Part shown: piece by piece, positions 48,480 to 61,313 of the stretch | Numbering within the stretch: position 1 is the first letter of the stretch | How the letters are laid out: each line of letters begins with the position of its first letter | DNA from: Marsupella aquatica | Taxonomy: Eukaryota > Plantae > Marchantiophyta | Length of the DNA: 64,000 nucleotides | Direction: 5' to 3' | NCBI GenBank assembly: GCA_973895155.1 | Contig: OZ316893.1 | Span: 17,428,770-17,492,769, forward strand | Notes under the pieces: model-generated | The model's input: only the letters and a program-made list of their open reading frames with translations | Databases searched by the model: none | Told to the model about the DNA's origin: nothing | Made by a program: the position numbers and the translations under genes

Positions 48480-51400
48480 TGTCACGTCGTCGGCTTCAGC
48501 CTTAACTCAGACTTCAGCTTAGACGGGCACATCCCTCGTAAATCTGAGGGTTCGGGCAGGAAGGGAAGCACGTAATGCACCTTATTCTCGTAAACTAGCG
48601 CTAAGTGCGCATACTGCTAAATACGGACACCTCCTAGGTATGGTTTGTGTTCCGCCGCCGGAATGTACCTTAGTCGATAGCAAGATCGACCCCGGCTTAA
48701 GGGCTTCTAAGCCTTCGTGCTGTCCGCCTTCGATCTGGATTCGATGATACAGGTCCTCAACCCGTGCTCACAACCACTTACCCGTAGGAGCTGCACCCTG
48801 TGCACGTCTCGGGTAGTGCGTTCGGCCTGGCCCTGCCACCCATATACGAGAAACCCACACACATACACGCGCACATGCATACAATCTCGATTTACACGAA
48901 GGAAAATGATGGGAAAGGATTTTACTACAAAGGGAACATATGCGTACACTTAGTTGACCCGACAGCCCCAGAATGAACAGGTTCAAGGCCGAGGGTGCAC
49001 ACTACAATGGAGCCCGGCTCCGCACTCACCCGGCGAGCTTAGTCCTACCCCCCCCTTTGTACTCTTTCATTCCCAGAGGTCGGGACTCCCCACATATACC
49101 GCGGACGTCCAACTCTGAAACTAAAACCCCCCCTTGACTCTACCGAGGGGTGCACTAAATACTAAGGGCCGAGGGACGGGGTGTCCTCTCGCCGAAGATT
49201 CGCTGACTAAGGTCCTAACTAAGCTGACAGTCAGGCCGGAAAACGGCTGTGTCTTATTAGAAGATCCTAGATACGCAGGCTGGACAACATGGCGCGCTGC
49301 TGTACCTAAGGCAGGTGCCTGTCCCAAGAGCCTGACTAAGCCAGTCCTAATCCTAATCTATTCCTACTCCGCTGCTAATGCCTGGCACGCTTGCCAGAGC
49401 CGCCCGAATGGGAGCGGCCATCCGGCTGCCTTCGAAGCCTGTCATTGTCCACCTTGAGGAGCTGGACCTGGTCCAGCAGAGATTCGTTCTCTCGCCTCAC
49501 CGTGTCCGTCTCCTCTGCTGCCTCCTGACATGCCTCCTCCAGCTGCTGGACGTCGCTCGTCAGTTTACCCGCCAGCTGGTCCTGCTTCTCGGCCTCGGTT
49601 TGGAGCCGCGCCACCTCGGCCTGTAGCGTGGCTATCTCCGCCGTGTCCCACTGGGCCTGTTCCTCGGCCTCCTCCAGGTCTTTCTGCCAGGTGACAGTTT
49701 GATTCTTCAAACTGTCAATCTGCTTCCGGAGTCGTGTAATCTCGGCCTCGTTCCCAGCTTTGGCCTGTTCGGCTAGGGCGGTAAGAGCGTGCGCCTTTGC
49801 TAACAACTCATCGGCGGCTGCAACCTTGGGTCGTAGTTGCAGAAGCTCAGCCTCTTGAGCCGCAACTTCATTCTTTAGGTACACGGACTCCACCCGGTAT
49901 CGCTCTATCCTCTGAAGGGCCTCTGATTGGGCCCGACCTGCCTTTACTACGGCAACCAACTCCTAATTGAAGAAACAGGCTACCTTCCAGGCCATGAACT
50001 CCCCGGCATCCCGGGCAATTTGATGAGAGAAATCTCCCAGAAGCCCGTTCAGAAATGTACCCGGTACGAAGAGTTTCGGGTGGTCCAGGTTGTGCCTCTC
50101 CGGAGTTGGGCACGGGCAGACGTCAACACGCGCGGGGGCCGGGGCAGTGACATCCAGCCCTAGGGACGTAACGTTGGAAGGGGCTGGAGTGTCCTCCTAC
50201 AGCAATGTCCGGTTCTCCGGAATAGCCACCGGTGGGTCTTTGGGAGACCCGGGCTCGGGTAAGACTTCCGCCGTACCGACTTCTATACTTAGCCCGGCTT
50301 GTTGGGTCGCATCAACGGTTGCGACAACCGACCCATCCGGTACCTCCTCGGTTACGACTACAGCTACTTGTGGAGGTGGGGTGGGTGAAGCTGGCGTGTC
50401 CGCTGGACTTCGGGCCTCGGGTTGGGGCCGTCTCTCCAAGGCCGGGAAAACCCACCTAGCTGGGACCAGCTTTGTAACGTTGACACGGGGAAGGGTTCAT
50501 CGATCAAACCGAGCGTACCACTCAAGAATGATCTCAATGTGGCTAGCAAAATATGCCTTCCCGCCAATGTACAGCGTCTTCCTTCGCCGCTCCATCTCTT
50601 CATGGAATTTCTTAGCGAAGTACGACGCCCACTTCCTAGGTCGATAGTTCTCGACCTGGATAACCTGGGCGGCGGAGATCTCCCCCCGGGGTTCCATCAT
50701 GTGGAGGGCGTACCTCTGGAACTCTAGTCGCTCAGCTATCTCGGGGATGAGGCAGGTCCTCATCACGAACCCGTTGTCCACTGCTCCCTCTGAGGGAAAA
50801 CTTGAAGATTGGTACTTGGCTCCCTTGCCCCCGGGAGCCCGTGATTCGACTCGATGGTCACCTTCGGGTAACCTGAAGATCATCCTGAGCCGTTCTTCTG
50901 TGAGGGACATACTCCTTCCCCGTAGCTGAGTATGTTGATGCGCGTCGTCATAATTCCTGACGAACTCCGTCATGTCCTCCCCGTAGTACCTACAAGTGTT
51001 CCAGGGGAGGGAGGCGAGGTGCTTGAATCCCTGAGTCTTCAGGTACACCGCATGCTTGGGATGGAGGATGTTTTTGTGAATGTTTTCCCCCATGCGGTGC
51101 ATCGTCACCCTGGCTACAGCTACCGTGGCCAACGGTAACCCGGATGCAGTGGCGGATTCCTTCCTCTTCTTCCTCTGTGACTGGCTTGGGGAAGGTGACA
51201 CTTCCCCATCCTCCCGATCGGGCCTGGGTAGTGCCACTGCCGTTAGTAACGGGCCCGGGGCGGCCACGGTCACCATGTTGTTTGCCGGGGCCGCTCCTGG
51301 GGTCAGGGCAGGGGGTGGGGACGATATAGTGTCGGCCCCCTGAGCGCTTGTTCCTCTGGGCCGCCTGGTCAAGGGTGGGGTAGCCTCGTCGTCATTGCTA

Positions 51401-52484
51401 AGATCCGCAGCGTTGATGACAGAGCGTACTTGTGCTGGTTGGGCGATCGGTGGTGGGGTTTGGCTAGGCTGCGGCTGAGGTTGAGCCTGAGGTTGAGCCT
51501 GAGGTTGCATGGGTACGGGTACGGGTACGGGTTCGACTGAGTTGGTCATGTTGGTTGATGGCCGAGTTCCCATGAAGCTCTGTAGGTGCTGGTAGAAGTT
51601 CTCCGAAGTGAGTGCAAACGACCTTGTCAAACGGGTAGTGCTGGACTCACTGTTGATGATAGCCCGAACCTGAGCAGGGATGTGGTCAAAGTGATGTCGT
51701 TGCAAGTCGATTGTACCCGGGATATTGAAGACCTCGTCCGGAAGCCGAAGCAATGCTTCCCAGAAACCGATATATTTGTCTCCGTTGAAGAAGTACCCAG
51801 ATACCTCTGCTGGTCGGTAAAGCTCGCTCTGAGACGGGTAGTCAAAGTTAAGGATGTAGAGGTGTTGTCCTGCTAGGCGGATGGCTCTCTCGTACTCGCG
51901 TTCGATTTCGTATCGGTGCGGGTTGGCGTGTTTCAATGAGTCGGCCAAGTGCCTTCCGATAGATAGGAACTGCGTCCAGAATCGAATCACCGAGCTGGAG
52001 AGGATCGTGTGCGACATTCAGAGGAGATAGTAGTGGCGACTTTAGAGCGAACGAGAGAGTTGGGGTCAAAGTTGGCGCGTGGACTGATGGACTGGTGCAC
52101 TACAAAGGGTTGGCTCCCCTTTTATACCTTGAGGGCTTGTCGATCCCCCGACGTCTCCTCGACGCCATAGGCTGAACCGCTCACGCTTGTGGTGTACCGG
52201 CCACTCCGCCGGTCTGAGTCAGCGCGTGTCAGTGGCCGCTTCCTTAAGTTCGTTATACGGACCCGAGGGAGGGGCCCCTCCACGCTCGTAACCCGGGTGT
52301 GCAAATAGCGATCCGCCGCCAGTCCAAACCTGAATTCCCCCTTATTGCCTAATGATGTCCTACCCATAATGATTACCTAAATACTGTCGTTATGCTAATA
52401 ATAGCGGCCTAAGACACTCCTAACGCACGTGCTAAGCACAGTTAGACCGAATCACTCATTAACCGCCGTACCGGCGGCGTCACA
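48480..52484 (-). mobile_element. Giant solo LTR, family 1 (4005 bp), inserted in the RNase H of copy B
   Basis: TG...CA termini; 5-bp TSD GTGTA (48475-79, 52485-89). Confidence 0.92.
49375..52017 (-). pseudogene. LTR-internal ORF of family 1; one 880-codon frame broken only by point-mutation stops
   Basis: ORFs 52017-50497, 50439-50197 and 49959-49375 are in the same frame; N-terminal domain, Pro-rich linker, KKRK, PMD-like core, coiled coil. Confidence 0.82.
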
Positions 52485-53809
52485 GTGTAGCTGAAATGGT
52501 CTCCCTGAAATGGGTCTTTTCAAAATAGGGGATGATGCCAATCTTTCTTTCAATTCCTGAAAGGCATGCTCCTGGTCATCACCCCAAATCCACTCCTGAT
52601 CCAACTTAGTGAGTATGGTTAAAGGTTTAGCAAGGTGGCTAAATCCTTTAACGTACCTCCTGTAGTAGCTCGCCAATCCCAAGAATGCACATACTCTACT
52701 CACATCAGCAGGACAAAGAATCTGTGTAATGGCCTCCACCTTAGTTTGCTGCACACCCAATCCCCCTGGGTAGATAGTGTCATGGCCCAAATACTCAATC
52801 TGGTCTTGGAAGAACTTGCACTTGCCAGGGTGGAGTTTCAACCCATGTTCTCTCAATCTCTCCAATACAATCTACAAGTGGTGCTAATGTTCTTCCATAG
52901 TGGAAGAATAGACCAAAATATCATCAATGTAACATCTCACAAAATCCAAACGTGCAAGAATTTGATCCATGACTCTCTAGAATTCAGCTGGTGCATTCTT
53001 CAACCCAAATGGTAAGAACAACCACTAATACAAATGATCCTTGCCATGCAAATCAATTCCCCATAATGCTGTTTTGGACTTGTTAGAATGTTTGATTGGA
53101 AGCTGATGGTACCCTGCCCTCAGATCCAATGAACTAAAAACCTTTGCATGCCCCATTGCATCAAAGATCTCCTTTGGTGTGGGCATGGCATATTGATCAG
53201 ATTTTGTCTGACAATTAATAGGTCGGTAATCATCACACACGCGCCTATCCGTGTAATTGCCATGCACATCCTGCTTCGCTGGCATCACTATGGCAGATGC
53301 ATACTCCTAGTATGAGATCTCCACCAAACCAGCCTCCAACAAATCCTGAGTTCTGCTCCCAATCAAAGCTCTCTCCATGTCACTATAACGGTATGGTCTA
53401 CGAAAGATTGGCGCATCACTAGCCAATTCAATCTGAATACTAGGGCCCTTCAATGTCCCCAAATCCTTCATGCTAAATGCAAAATAATTCCAGTAACTCT
53501 TTAGGAATCAATGCATGCAACGTCTCTCCTCCCCTGTCAACTTAGAACCAATCTGTGGCTCCCAACTCTCCACCAAATCTTTGATGTCTTTTTGTACAGT
53601 AGAAGAAACAATCGATGGTTGCTATTTAGCAGTAATTTGAGCAGCTTCTTCTTGCTCAACAATATGTCCAGCCTTGGCCAATCCTGCCATAGGTCCATGG
53701 ACTGTCTGCGCGACCCCATCTGTGGCCACTATTGTCTCAGTAGGCCACAAGCTCACCAATGGACAACCTGTAACACCAACAGAGCGCATCCAAAACTGCT
53801 CTGCTACTC

Positions 53810-54252
53810 TCAAGCTGACAATCCAAGTCAAACAATTCAAATCCATGGCTTTGCCAAGGACTTGGCGGCGTGAACTCTCTAACATAGATGCAACAGCAGT
53901 TGTATCTGTGGAGAATCCCATGGTCCGCTCTCTCTCATCAGTAGTGGGCTCTACTAACTGTCGTGGAATTGTATCCCACACAAGTCCAGGACCACATACG
54001 CTGAAAGCATAAGAAGCAAAATGGCTCACAAAAGTGGGTAATGCACAACGTGGGCGCCCAACCACATTGACTATGGCCAATGGAGATCTGTCAAGCTGGG
54101 TCACACCCTGTGAAAGACGCCTTGGATCCAAAATATCATCCACTACCAAGGTTGGCAAGCAAGGAATGCTGTCAAATGCTTGCTTCAACACCTCACCTGG
54201 TAACAAATTAGTCCACCACAAATGTGGACAATATGCACAAGAACCGACACGT
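53810..54252 (-). pseudogene. DNMT3-like domain of copy B, C-terminal half (motif VIII, TRD, IX, X)
   Basis: RVGSCAYCPHLWWTNLLPG (cf. DNMT3 SAAHRARYFWGNLPG); ERERTMGFSTDTT..RRQVLGKAMDLNCL. Confidence 0.88.
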
Positions 54253-55089
54253 TGTCGTGCCGAAAGATTTCGGCTTAGGAATGGCTTTTATAGGGGATGA
54301 TGGGCGAGGCCTCCCGGTTGGGTTGCGTACATGCTGACTCGAAGGGGCTGCTTGGTTGGATGGATTGAGGTTTGGTGATTGGGTGACTCGTCGTCACCAG
54401 GTTTGGTGTTTGGGTGGGTCACCAGGCTTGGAGTTTGGATGAGCCTCCCTGATGGCAGCTGGCTCAGACTGGATGGTTGGGTTTCCGATACTACTTAAGA
54501 CTTGAGCCTCAGCTCATTGAGGTTGGCGGTTATCTATTGAGATCTGTTGAGTTGCATCCTGTGAATTCCGCTCCGTTCTATGGAACTCGACTGTTGTGCG
54601 GCGGTTTTGGAGTTCTAAGCGAGTGTTGGATCCAGGTGTGGATTTTTCGATCCAGGCGGGGAATTTCTCGAGTTTGGAGTCTCGTTGATCCAGGCGAGGA
54701 TTTCTCAAGTTTGGAGTCTTGTCGATCCAGGCAAGGATTTCTCGAGTTTGGAGCCTCATTGGTCCAGGCCCGAGTTCCGTGTGAGCTGTTTTAGACTAGT
54801 GGAGTAGCTAGTCGAGTTTTGGTTTTGTGAGCTAAGGAGGATAGTTTTTCCGTCAGATTTTGAGTAGTTAGTCACTCGAGGAGTTCTACTCAACAAGTTA
54901 GAGGTAGCGGCCAGCTACCAGACTCTTGCGGGCAAGCTTACTCGAGGGCACCTATTGTAACCTTTGTGAGAAAAGTAAAAAATATAAAGGAGTGAGAGTT
55001 CGCTCCAAAAAGTGCTTGTCGCCTGTCCCGATCACAGCCAGATTCGCGCAATTTGCCCGAGGAGCCCCTAACTTTAAGTCCTCGCGACA
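54253..55089 (+). repeat. 5' LTR (837 bp)
   Basis: tgtcgtgc...ctcgcgaca; highly similar to 59755-60603. Confidence 0.95.
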
Positions 55090-55090
55090 T

Positions 55091-55108
55091 TGGCGACCAT
55101 ACTGGGGA
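55091..55108 (+). promoter_or_regulatory. Primer-binding site TGGCGACC..., possibly tRNA-Arg
   Basis: TGG one nucleotide after the LTR end; tRNA identity inferred from memory of tRNA 3' ends. Confidence 0.7.
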
Positions 55109-55130
55109 GTCCTTGGGGCGATTGGATAAG

Positions 55131-56990
55131 ATGGCTGACTATGAAGAAGTTGATCGGATATCGAGCATCATCATGTCGATGATGAGAACCATAAGGAAGG
55201 AAGAGCTTGAGTCAGAAAGGGCAAACAGGGAAGTGAATAGAACTACTCAGTGTCTCCAAGAGGTTCTGAAGGAGAATGGGCAGTTCGATGGGAGAAATGT
55301 GACAAGCTACATTAAGTCTTACTTGACAAAAGCAGCTGTCTACAAGTTGGACGAAGGGACGGCCATGAAAGAGTTCATGGTGCTGGTTGAGAAGGAGTTG
55401 AGTTCGATGGTGCGGACCATCGTTGAGTCAGCTGAGGGCTGGGATGACTTTGACCAGAAGATGAAAGAGGAGTTCCAAGCAGAGGATGCTAATCGGGTCA
55501 CGCAGGCTACCTTCTTGGATTGGGTGAATGACAGGAACAAGAAGCTGAAGGGGCCGCAAGAGCTCCTAAGGGAGTTCAAGAGAAGGGTGTCTCAGTTACC
55601 AAAGCGGGATGTGGGAATCATCGAGTTGCAGCGCTCGACGCTCTTCTTGAGGGCAGCCGATGAGGACCTTTGAGAGGAGCTTGAGAACATGATGGAGCTG
55701 CTGGAACCTTCAAGAGTTACCTTGTCTAACGACTGGAACCAAGTTGAGAAAGTGGTGTCAAAAGTGAGCAATCGACACCGGCGGCGAGAGCTAGACAAGG
55801 AGGCTACCACTCTCGACCTCAGGCCGCCGAAACCAATATTGACGAAAGGGAAGCGAGAACCAACGAAGGATGAGATCAAACCATCGGTGGATGATCTTGC
55901 AAAAATGATGCAGAACCTGAAGATCTTGGTGGCACATGTGGTCGAGAATCCAAAACCAAGGGTTGCAAGTGCTCCCGAGAGGAAGCGAGAGATGCAGAGT
56001 TGGCCATGCATGTGGTGCGACAGCAAAGAGCATGACAAACGGGAGTGCCTGGACCTGAGGGAAGCTGCGGATAAAGGGCTGATCAAGTTCGTTGGTAAAG
56101 TTGGTCGGAAAAAGATATCGTTTGCCGATACTGAAGAGCCGATTCCATTCAACTCCAACAAGGGAGGCATGAAGGCTTTGGCTAAGAAGCGAGCTGGGAA
56201 GCGAGTCGAAGAGGCGTCCTCTTTGCACCTGGAAGCAAATGTTTACAATGTGGAGTTGGATGGCCCCGTGACGGAAATGGACAAGTTTTACAAGCGCTTG
56301 GCGGATCTGGTGCGAGAGAGATCCGGATGGAGTGACCCGGTGCTGATCAATGCGATAACGGTTGAGGTTGGGGCTAGTTGGGATGCCTCGGTCGAGTCAA
56401 AAAGGAAGAAAACTGATGAGGATGACACTCCGTCTCAATCAGGGGAACGAGAGAGGCGGGATACTCGAGACAAGGAAAGAAGGGTTAGGTTCGAAGAAGA
56501 GGAAATGAGCGAGAAAGAGCCGGAGAAAGGGAAACCGATCAGGAAGGACTCGGGCTGGGTGCTTGGCAGGGATGTGGACCAGGCCATGTACCCGGAGGTT
56601 GTAGCTGAGAAGTTCTGGAGCCAACAGGCTCAAGGGTTTACCAATGCCGAGTTCTTTGGCAGTATGAGGCGGGAGATCCAAGAAGCGATCTTGGAGAGAT
56701 CCAAGAGGAAACGGATTTACAAAGAGGGCCCTCACACCTTGATGGGGGAGTCTGGCAAGACGGAAATTGGGAGTTTCCGAACTTACACTGCTGGGGTGTC
56801 CATGGGTTCAGGTAGTAAGCCTGCTGGCCCCAAAGAGTCAGACTTGGGGAAACCAAAGAGGGTCAAGTCCCTTGAAGAGGAGCTCATGAGCTTGGATGAT
56901 GAGTTCTTCGATGCAGAAGAGGAGCTCATGGGAACCGGAAGCGAAGCTGAGTCTGTGGCAAACAGGGACCCGACCAAAGGGGGAGAATGA
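55131..56990 (+). pseudogene. Gypsy gag with CCHC knuckle, one premature stop at 55671
   Basis: FDGRNVTSYI; CMWCDSKEHDKREC. Confidence 0.85.
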
Positions 56991-57104
56991 GAAAGCGTTA
57001 CCGCGCAGTCGAGGACCATTCATGTCATGGGCTCAATGAAAGGAAATGGTTATGCTTACCGAGATGGATACTGGGCTTGAGCAAGTCCAGAGAGCGAGTG
57101 CCAG

Positions 57105-59500
57105 TTGGAAGGAATGGAAGGCAAGGTGCAGGCACTCATTGATACTGGCTCGGAGATCAACTTGATGGATCCAAAGGTGTTTCAAAAGGGGAATTGGCCG
57201 GTGGATAATAAGTTGCTTTGGAGTGTGAACTCGGTGAGTTCAATGAAGGACTGTCTTTGGGGCGGATGTCCGAATGTGATGGTGAAGTTCGGGAATGTCA
57301 AGCAGGCTTGTAACATTTTTGTTCATGAGCACTTGTCGTTTCCGGTGATACTGGGCATGCCATTCATCACTGAATGGAGGATGGAGACGAAGGTTCTGGA
57401 TGATACTACCTTCATGGTGAAGGTTTGGAGCAAAGATGGGAAAGAGGTGGTTCAATTTCTGGCTGTTTTACCTGGAAACGAGAGGAATAGGAAAGGGTTG
57501 AGGATTGAGAGTGCCGACTCTGGTCCAGGTCCGGAAAACAACTTGGCACTTCGCTGAAAAGAGTGGATTGGCGGAGTGCTTGTTCCTTAGCTCCTTGTGA
57601 AGGGGAAAACACGATGGATAATGGAGAGGAAGAGCCACTCGAATGTGCGGAGTCTAACTTGGGAAGGGACAAGCTGGAGAAGGAGTTGGAAAGGCAATAC
57701 TCGTCTATGGCAGTGCTTGTATACTCGAGTACCAAATACAAGACGGTTGACAAGAAGGTGAGGCCGGCGGCGATACCTTTGCCGGACGATGCGATGGAGG
57801 TTATGGATCGAGCAAGATTGGAACCAAGGCTGAGGCCAACTGATCGGATAGGGCATAAGTTTACTCAAGGGAGTTTGGCAAAGCTTAAGATTGGTTTGGA
57901 TGGGTTACTTATGGAGGTGGAGCAAGTGGCATTTCGAAAGATGATAATGGAGCATGGCAAGGCATTCTCATTTTTGATTGAGGAGATTGGTTGTGCGGAC
58001 CCGAGTAAGGTGACACCGATGGTCATCTTTACTATCCCTCATGTTCCGTGGGATCTGAAACCGATTTCGGTTCCACCGGCTTTAGCTCCAAAGCTTGCAG
58101 AATTGCTTAAGGAGAAGCTGAGTGCTAGGATTCTCGAGAGGTCTGATGCTCCTTACTCAAACAGATGGTTTACAGTGAGAAAGAAGAATGGAAGCTTGAG
58201 GTTCATTCAGGATATGCAACCTCCGAACAAGGTGACCATCAGGAATGTGGGAGTTGGGCCACTCGTGGATGAGTTTGCAGAGGAGTTTGCTGGGAGGGCA
58301 ATCTACTCCATGGGTGATTTGTTTTTGGGTTACGACCAATTCCAGTTGGCGCAAGAGAGCCGAGACATTACAACTATGAGGACCCCGTTGGGCCTCTTGA
58401 GGATGTGCACTCTTCCTCAAGGGGCGACAAACTCAGTAGCGCACATGCAAAATGCGATGAGTAAAATCTTGGAGCCGTTCATTCCGGTAAAAGCGAGACC
58501 ATTCATTGATGATGTCCCGATAAAGGGGTGCTTGGCTGAAGGGAAGGATGAGACATTGAGAAGTGATGGGATCCGGCAGTTTGTGTGGGATCACATTGTT
58601 GATGTTAAGGCGGTTCTCGAGAAGCTGATTGATGTGGGAGTCACTCTTTCGGGGAAGAAGTCTGAATTCAGGATGAAAGAGGTGAAAGTCATTGGGCAAA
58701 TGTGCGGATCTTATGGAAGGAAGCCAAACATGGATAAGGTGAGAGCTATTAGCGAGATGAAGGATTGTGAATTGGTGCCGGAAGTTTGGAGGTTTCTGGG
58801 TGCTTGTGTCTTTTACAAGATCTAGATCCCTCACTTCTCGCACCTGGCGGACCCGCTCTATGAGCTGTTGAGGAAAAAGGTTAAGTGGAGATGGCTACCG
58901 GAGCATAGTGAAGCAATGGCTAAGCTTAAGAGCGCTCTCATGAGCCCGCCAGTTCTCCGAGCTGCAGACTATGAGAGCGGGCGACCACTGATCATGACTG
59001 TTGATGCGAGTCCGTTCGCAGTCGGGTGGGCTGTTGGGCAAGATGACAAGAATGGGGAAAGGTATGCGATCAGATTTGGGGCAAAAGTTTTTACGGAAAG
59101 GCAAAGGAGATATGCTCAAGTTAAGAGGGAGCTTTGGGGTGCCAAGGTGGCACTCCATCAGGAGAGGAACTATTTGATTGGGGTGCCGATGGTGGTTGAG
59201 ATTGATTGCCAATTGTTGCTGGGGACGATTGCGAATTGTGACACGCCTGACATAGCAATACTCAGGTGGATCGCTTTCATTTGGATGTTCAACCCTGAGC
59301 TAAGTCACATTGCAGGAAAGTATAATCCGGTTGCCGACATGCTGTCAAGGGTGAGATTTGGAAATGAGTAGCAACGAGAGTTGGCGAGGTGATCGGAACT
59401 GAAAGTGTTGGAAGTCTAGAGTTCAAGGAAGAACTCTACTCGGGAGAGTTGCTGGATATCGGGCGTTACATTAGCACTTTGGAGAAGCAACCAGAGTGGA
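57105..59500 (+). pseudogene. Gypsy pol: protease, RT, RNase H (in-frame stops; integrase missing)
   Basis: ALIDTGSEIN; GYDQFQL, LPQGATNS, PFIDDVPIKG; TVDASP, KRELWG, NPVADMLSR. Confidence 0.92.
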
Positions 59501-59754
59501 GTTACCAAGAGGTCCTGGTCCAGGCGCATCTGTTGGACTTGAGTTTCGAAAGTGGCTTGACTAGTTCTGATTCGGATGAGTTGGACTTTGAGTTTCTGGA
59601 AAGTGGAGTGCCTAAGGCCGAGTCTGAAGGCTTTGGGTTTGATTTTCTTGAGGAGGAAGTGGTCTAGGCGCATGGCTCAAGTTTGGACTCAGACTTAGAG
59701 GAAATCTGATGGATTGGAGCAGACCGGAGGCTGCTCAGGTTTACTGGGGGAGGA

Positions 59755-60603
59755 TGTCGTGCTGAAAGATTTCGGCTCAGGAATGGCTTTTATAGGGGAT
59801 GATGGGCAAGGCCTCCCGGTTGGGTTGCGTGCATGCTGACTCGGAGGGGCTGCTTGGTTGGATGGATTGAGGTTTGGTGATTGGGTGACTCGTCGTCACC
59901 AGGTTTGGTGTTTGGGTGAGTCACCAGGCTTGGAGTTTGGATGAGCCTCGTTGATGGCAGCTGGCTCAGACTGGATGGTTGGGTTTCCGATGCTACTTAA
60001 GACTTGAGCCTTGGCTCATTGAGGTTGGCGGTTGTCTATTGAGATCTGTTGAGTTGCATTTTGTGAGTTCTGATCCGTTCTACGAAACTTGACTATTGTG
60101 TGGCGGTTTTGGAGTTCTAAGCGAGTGTTGGATCCAGGTGTGGAGTTTTCGATCCAGGCGGCAAATTTCTCGAGTTTGGAGTCTTGTTGATCCAGGCGGG
60201 GATTTCTCAAGTTTGAAGTCTTGTCGATCCAGGCGAGGATTTCTCGAGTTTGGAGCCTCGTTGGTCCAGGCCCGAGTTCCGTGTGAGCTATTTCAGACTA
60301 GTGGAGTAGCTAGTCGAGTTTTGGTTTTGTGAGCTAAGGAGGATAGTTTTTCCGTCAGATTTTGAGTAGTTAGTCACTCGAGGAGTTCTACTCGACAAGT
60401 TAGAGGTAGCGGCCCGCCGTAGGGCCATCTACCAGACTCTTGCGGGCAAGCTTACTCGAGGGCACCTATTGTAACCTTTGTGAGAAAAGTAAAAAATATA
60501 AAGGAGTGAGAGTTTGCTCCGAAAAGTGCTTGTTGCCTGTCCCGATCGCAGCCAAAAATGCGCAATTTGCCCGAGGAGCCCCTAACTTTAAGTCCTCGCG
60601 ACA
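59755..60603 (+). repeat. 3' LTR (849 bp)
   Basis: Follows the PPT; matches 54253-55089 with a small insertion near 60414-60425. Confidence 0.95.
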
Positions 60604-60607
60604 ACGT

Positions 60608-61125
60608 GCAGCATCCAATAACACAGCAGGTCCAATCCAAGACCTCACCTGATGAACACTGGCAACAATCTGTTGACGATGATCACCCAAGAGTAGCATA
60701 TTCTCCAAAATGTAGGCTGGAGGCCGTGTCTGGTGCAATTGGAGATGACGCAACACCCGTAACATCTCCCAAAATAATGCAGATCTTGGATCATGAAGTC
60801 CATGTCCAATTCCAGCTCTAGATTGGCCCTAACATGGCCAACCAACAATCACCAAATCAATAGGGCCAACACGATCTAGATGATCCGCCCCCAACAATAA
60901 AATATTAGTAGGTAGTGCATGTTGTTAGCCACAAATAGCATCCACTAGCAATAACTGTAGAAAACAATCCACCAACATAGCCACATGGCGCAATGAGACT
61001 CTTTGTGTTGTCTCATCTATCTCCACATACAAGTAACGATGCACAAGAATTCCTACTTGAAGAATAGCAGCCAACCCAGTGCTAATCCCACCAAATAAAT
61101 CCAACAAACAAATACCCTCCGGTGA
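60608..61125 (-). pseudogene. DNMT3-like domain of copy B, N-terminal half (motifs I-VII)
   Basis: ICLLDLFGGISTGLAAIL, YLYVEIDE, GPIDLVIVGWPC* (PC at 60832-37, Q changed to stop), DPRSALFWEML, AYILENM (60697-60705), GPAVLLDAA. Confidence 0.92.
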
Positions 61126-61313
61126 ATATTGCCATGCAATGGGAGTGGTATCCAATGGTGAAAGAGTCACCGGCCCACCTGCAGGAGATTGCTTTGCTCC
61201 TAGTTGTGGTGTAAAAGTATGATGCCATGCATCATGTACCAATTGTGCTGCTGTTTGTGGCAAGGCCTGGCTAGTACCCCACACTGGTGGCACAACACTA
61301 CCAACAGATAACC

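Larger units (their letters stand above)
48049..53480 (-). pseudogene. RT and RNase H of copy B, split by the solo LTR at 48480-52484
   Basis: LDLRAGYHQLPI, LPFGLKNAPAEF, CYIDDILVYS (~52905-52935), FLGLASYYRR, FQLH|T, IIDHQPL, DVDGLS. Confidence 0.92.
54253..60603 (+). mobile_element. Gypsy LTR retrotransposon (possibly Phygy-like) with paired LTRs, integrase deleted, inserted in the copy B DNMT
   Basis: LTRs 54253-55089 and 59755-60603 (TG..CA); PBS at 55091; PPT gggggagga 59746-54; 4-bp TSD ACGT. Confidence 0.93.
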
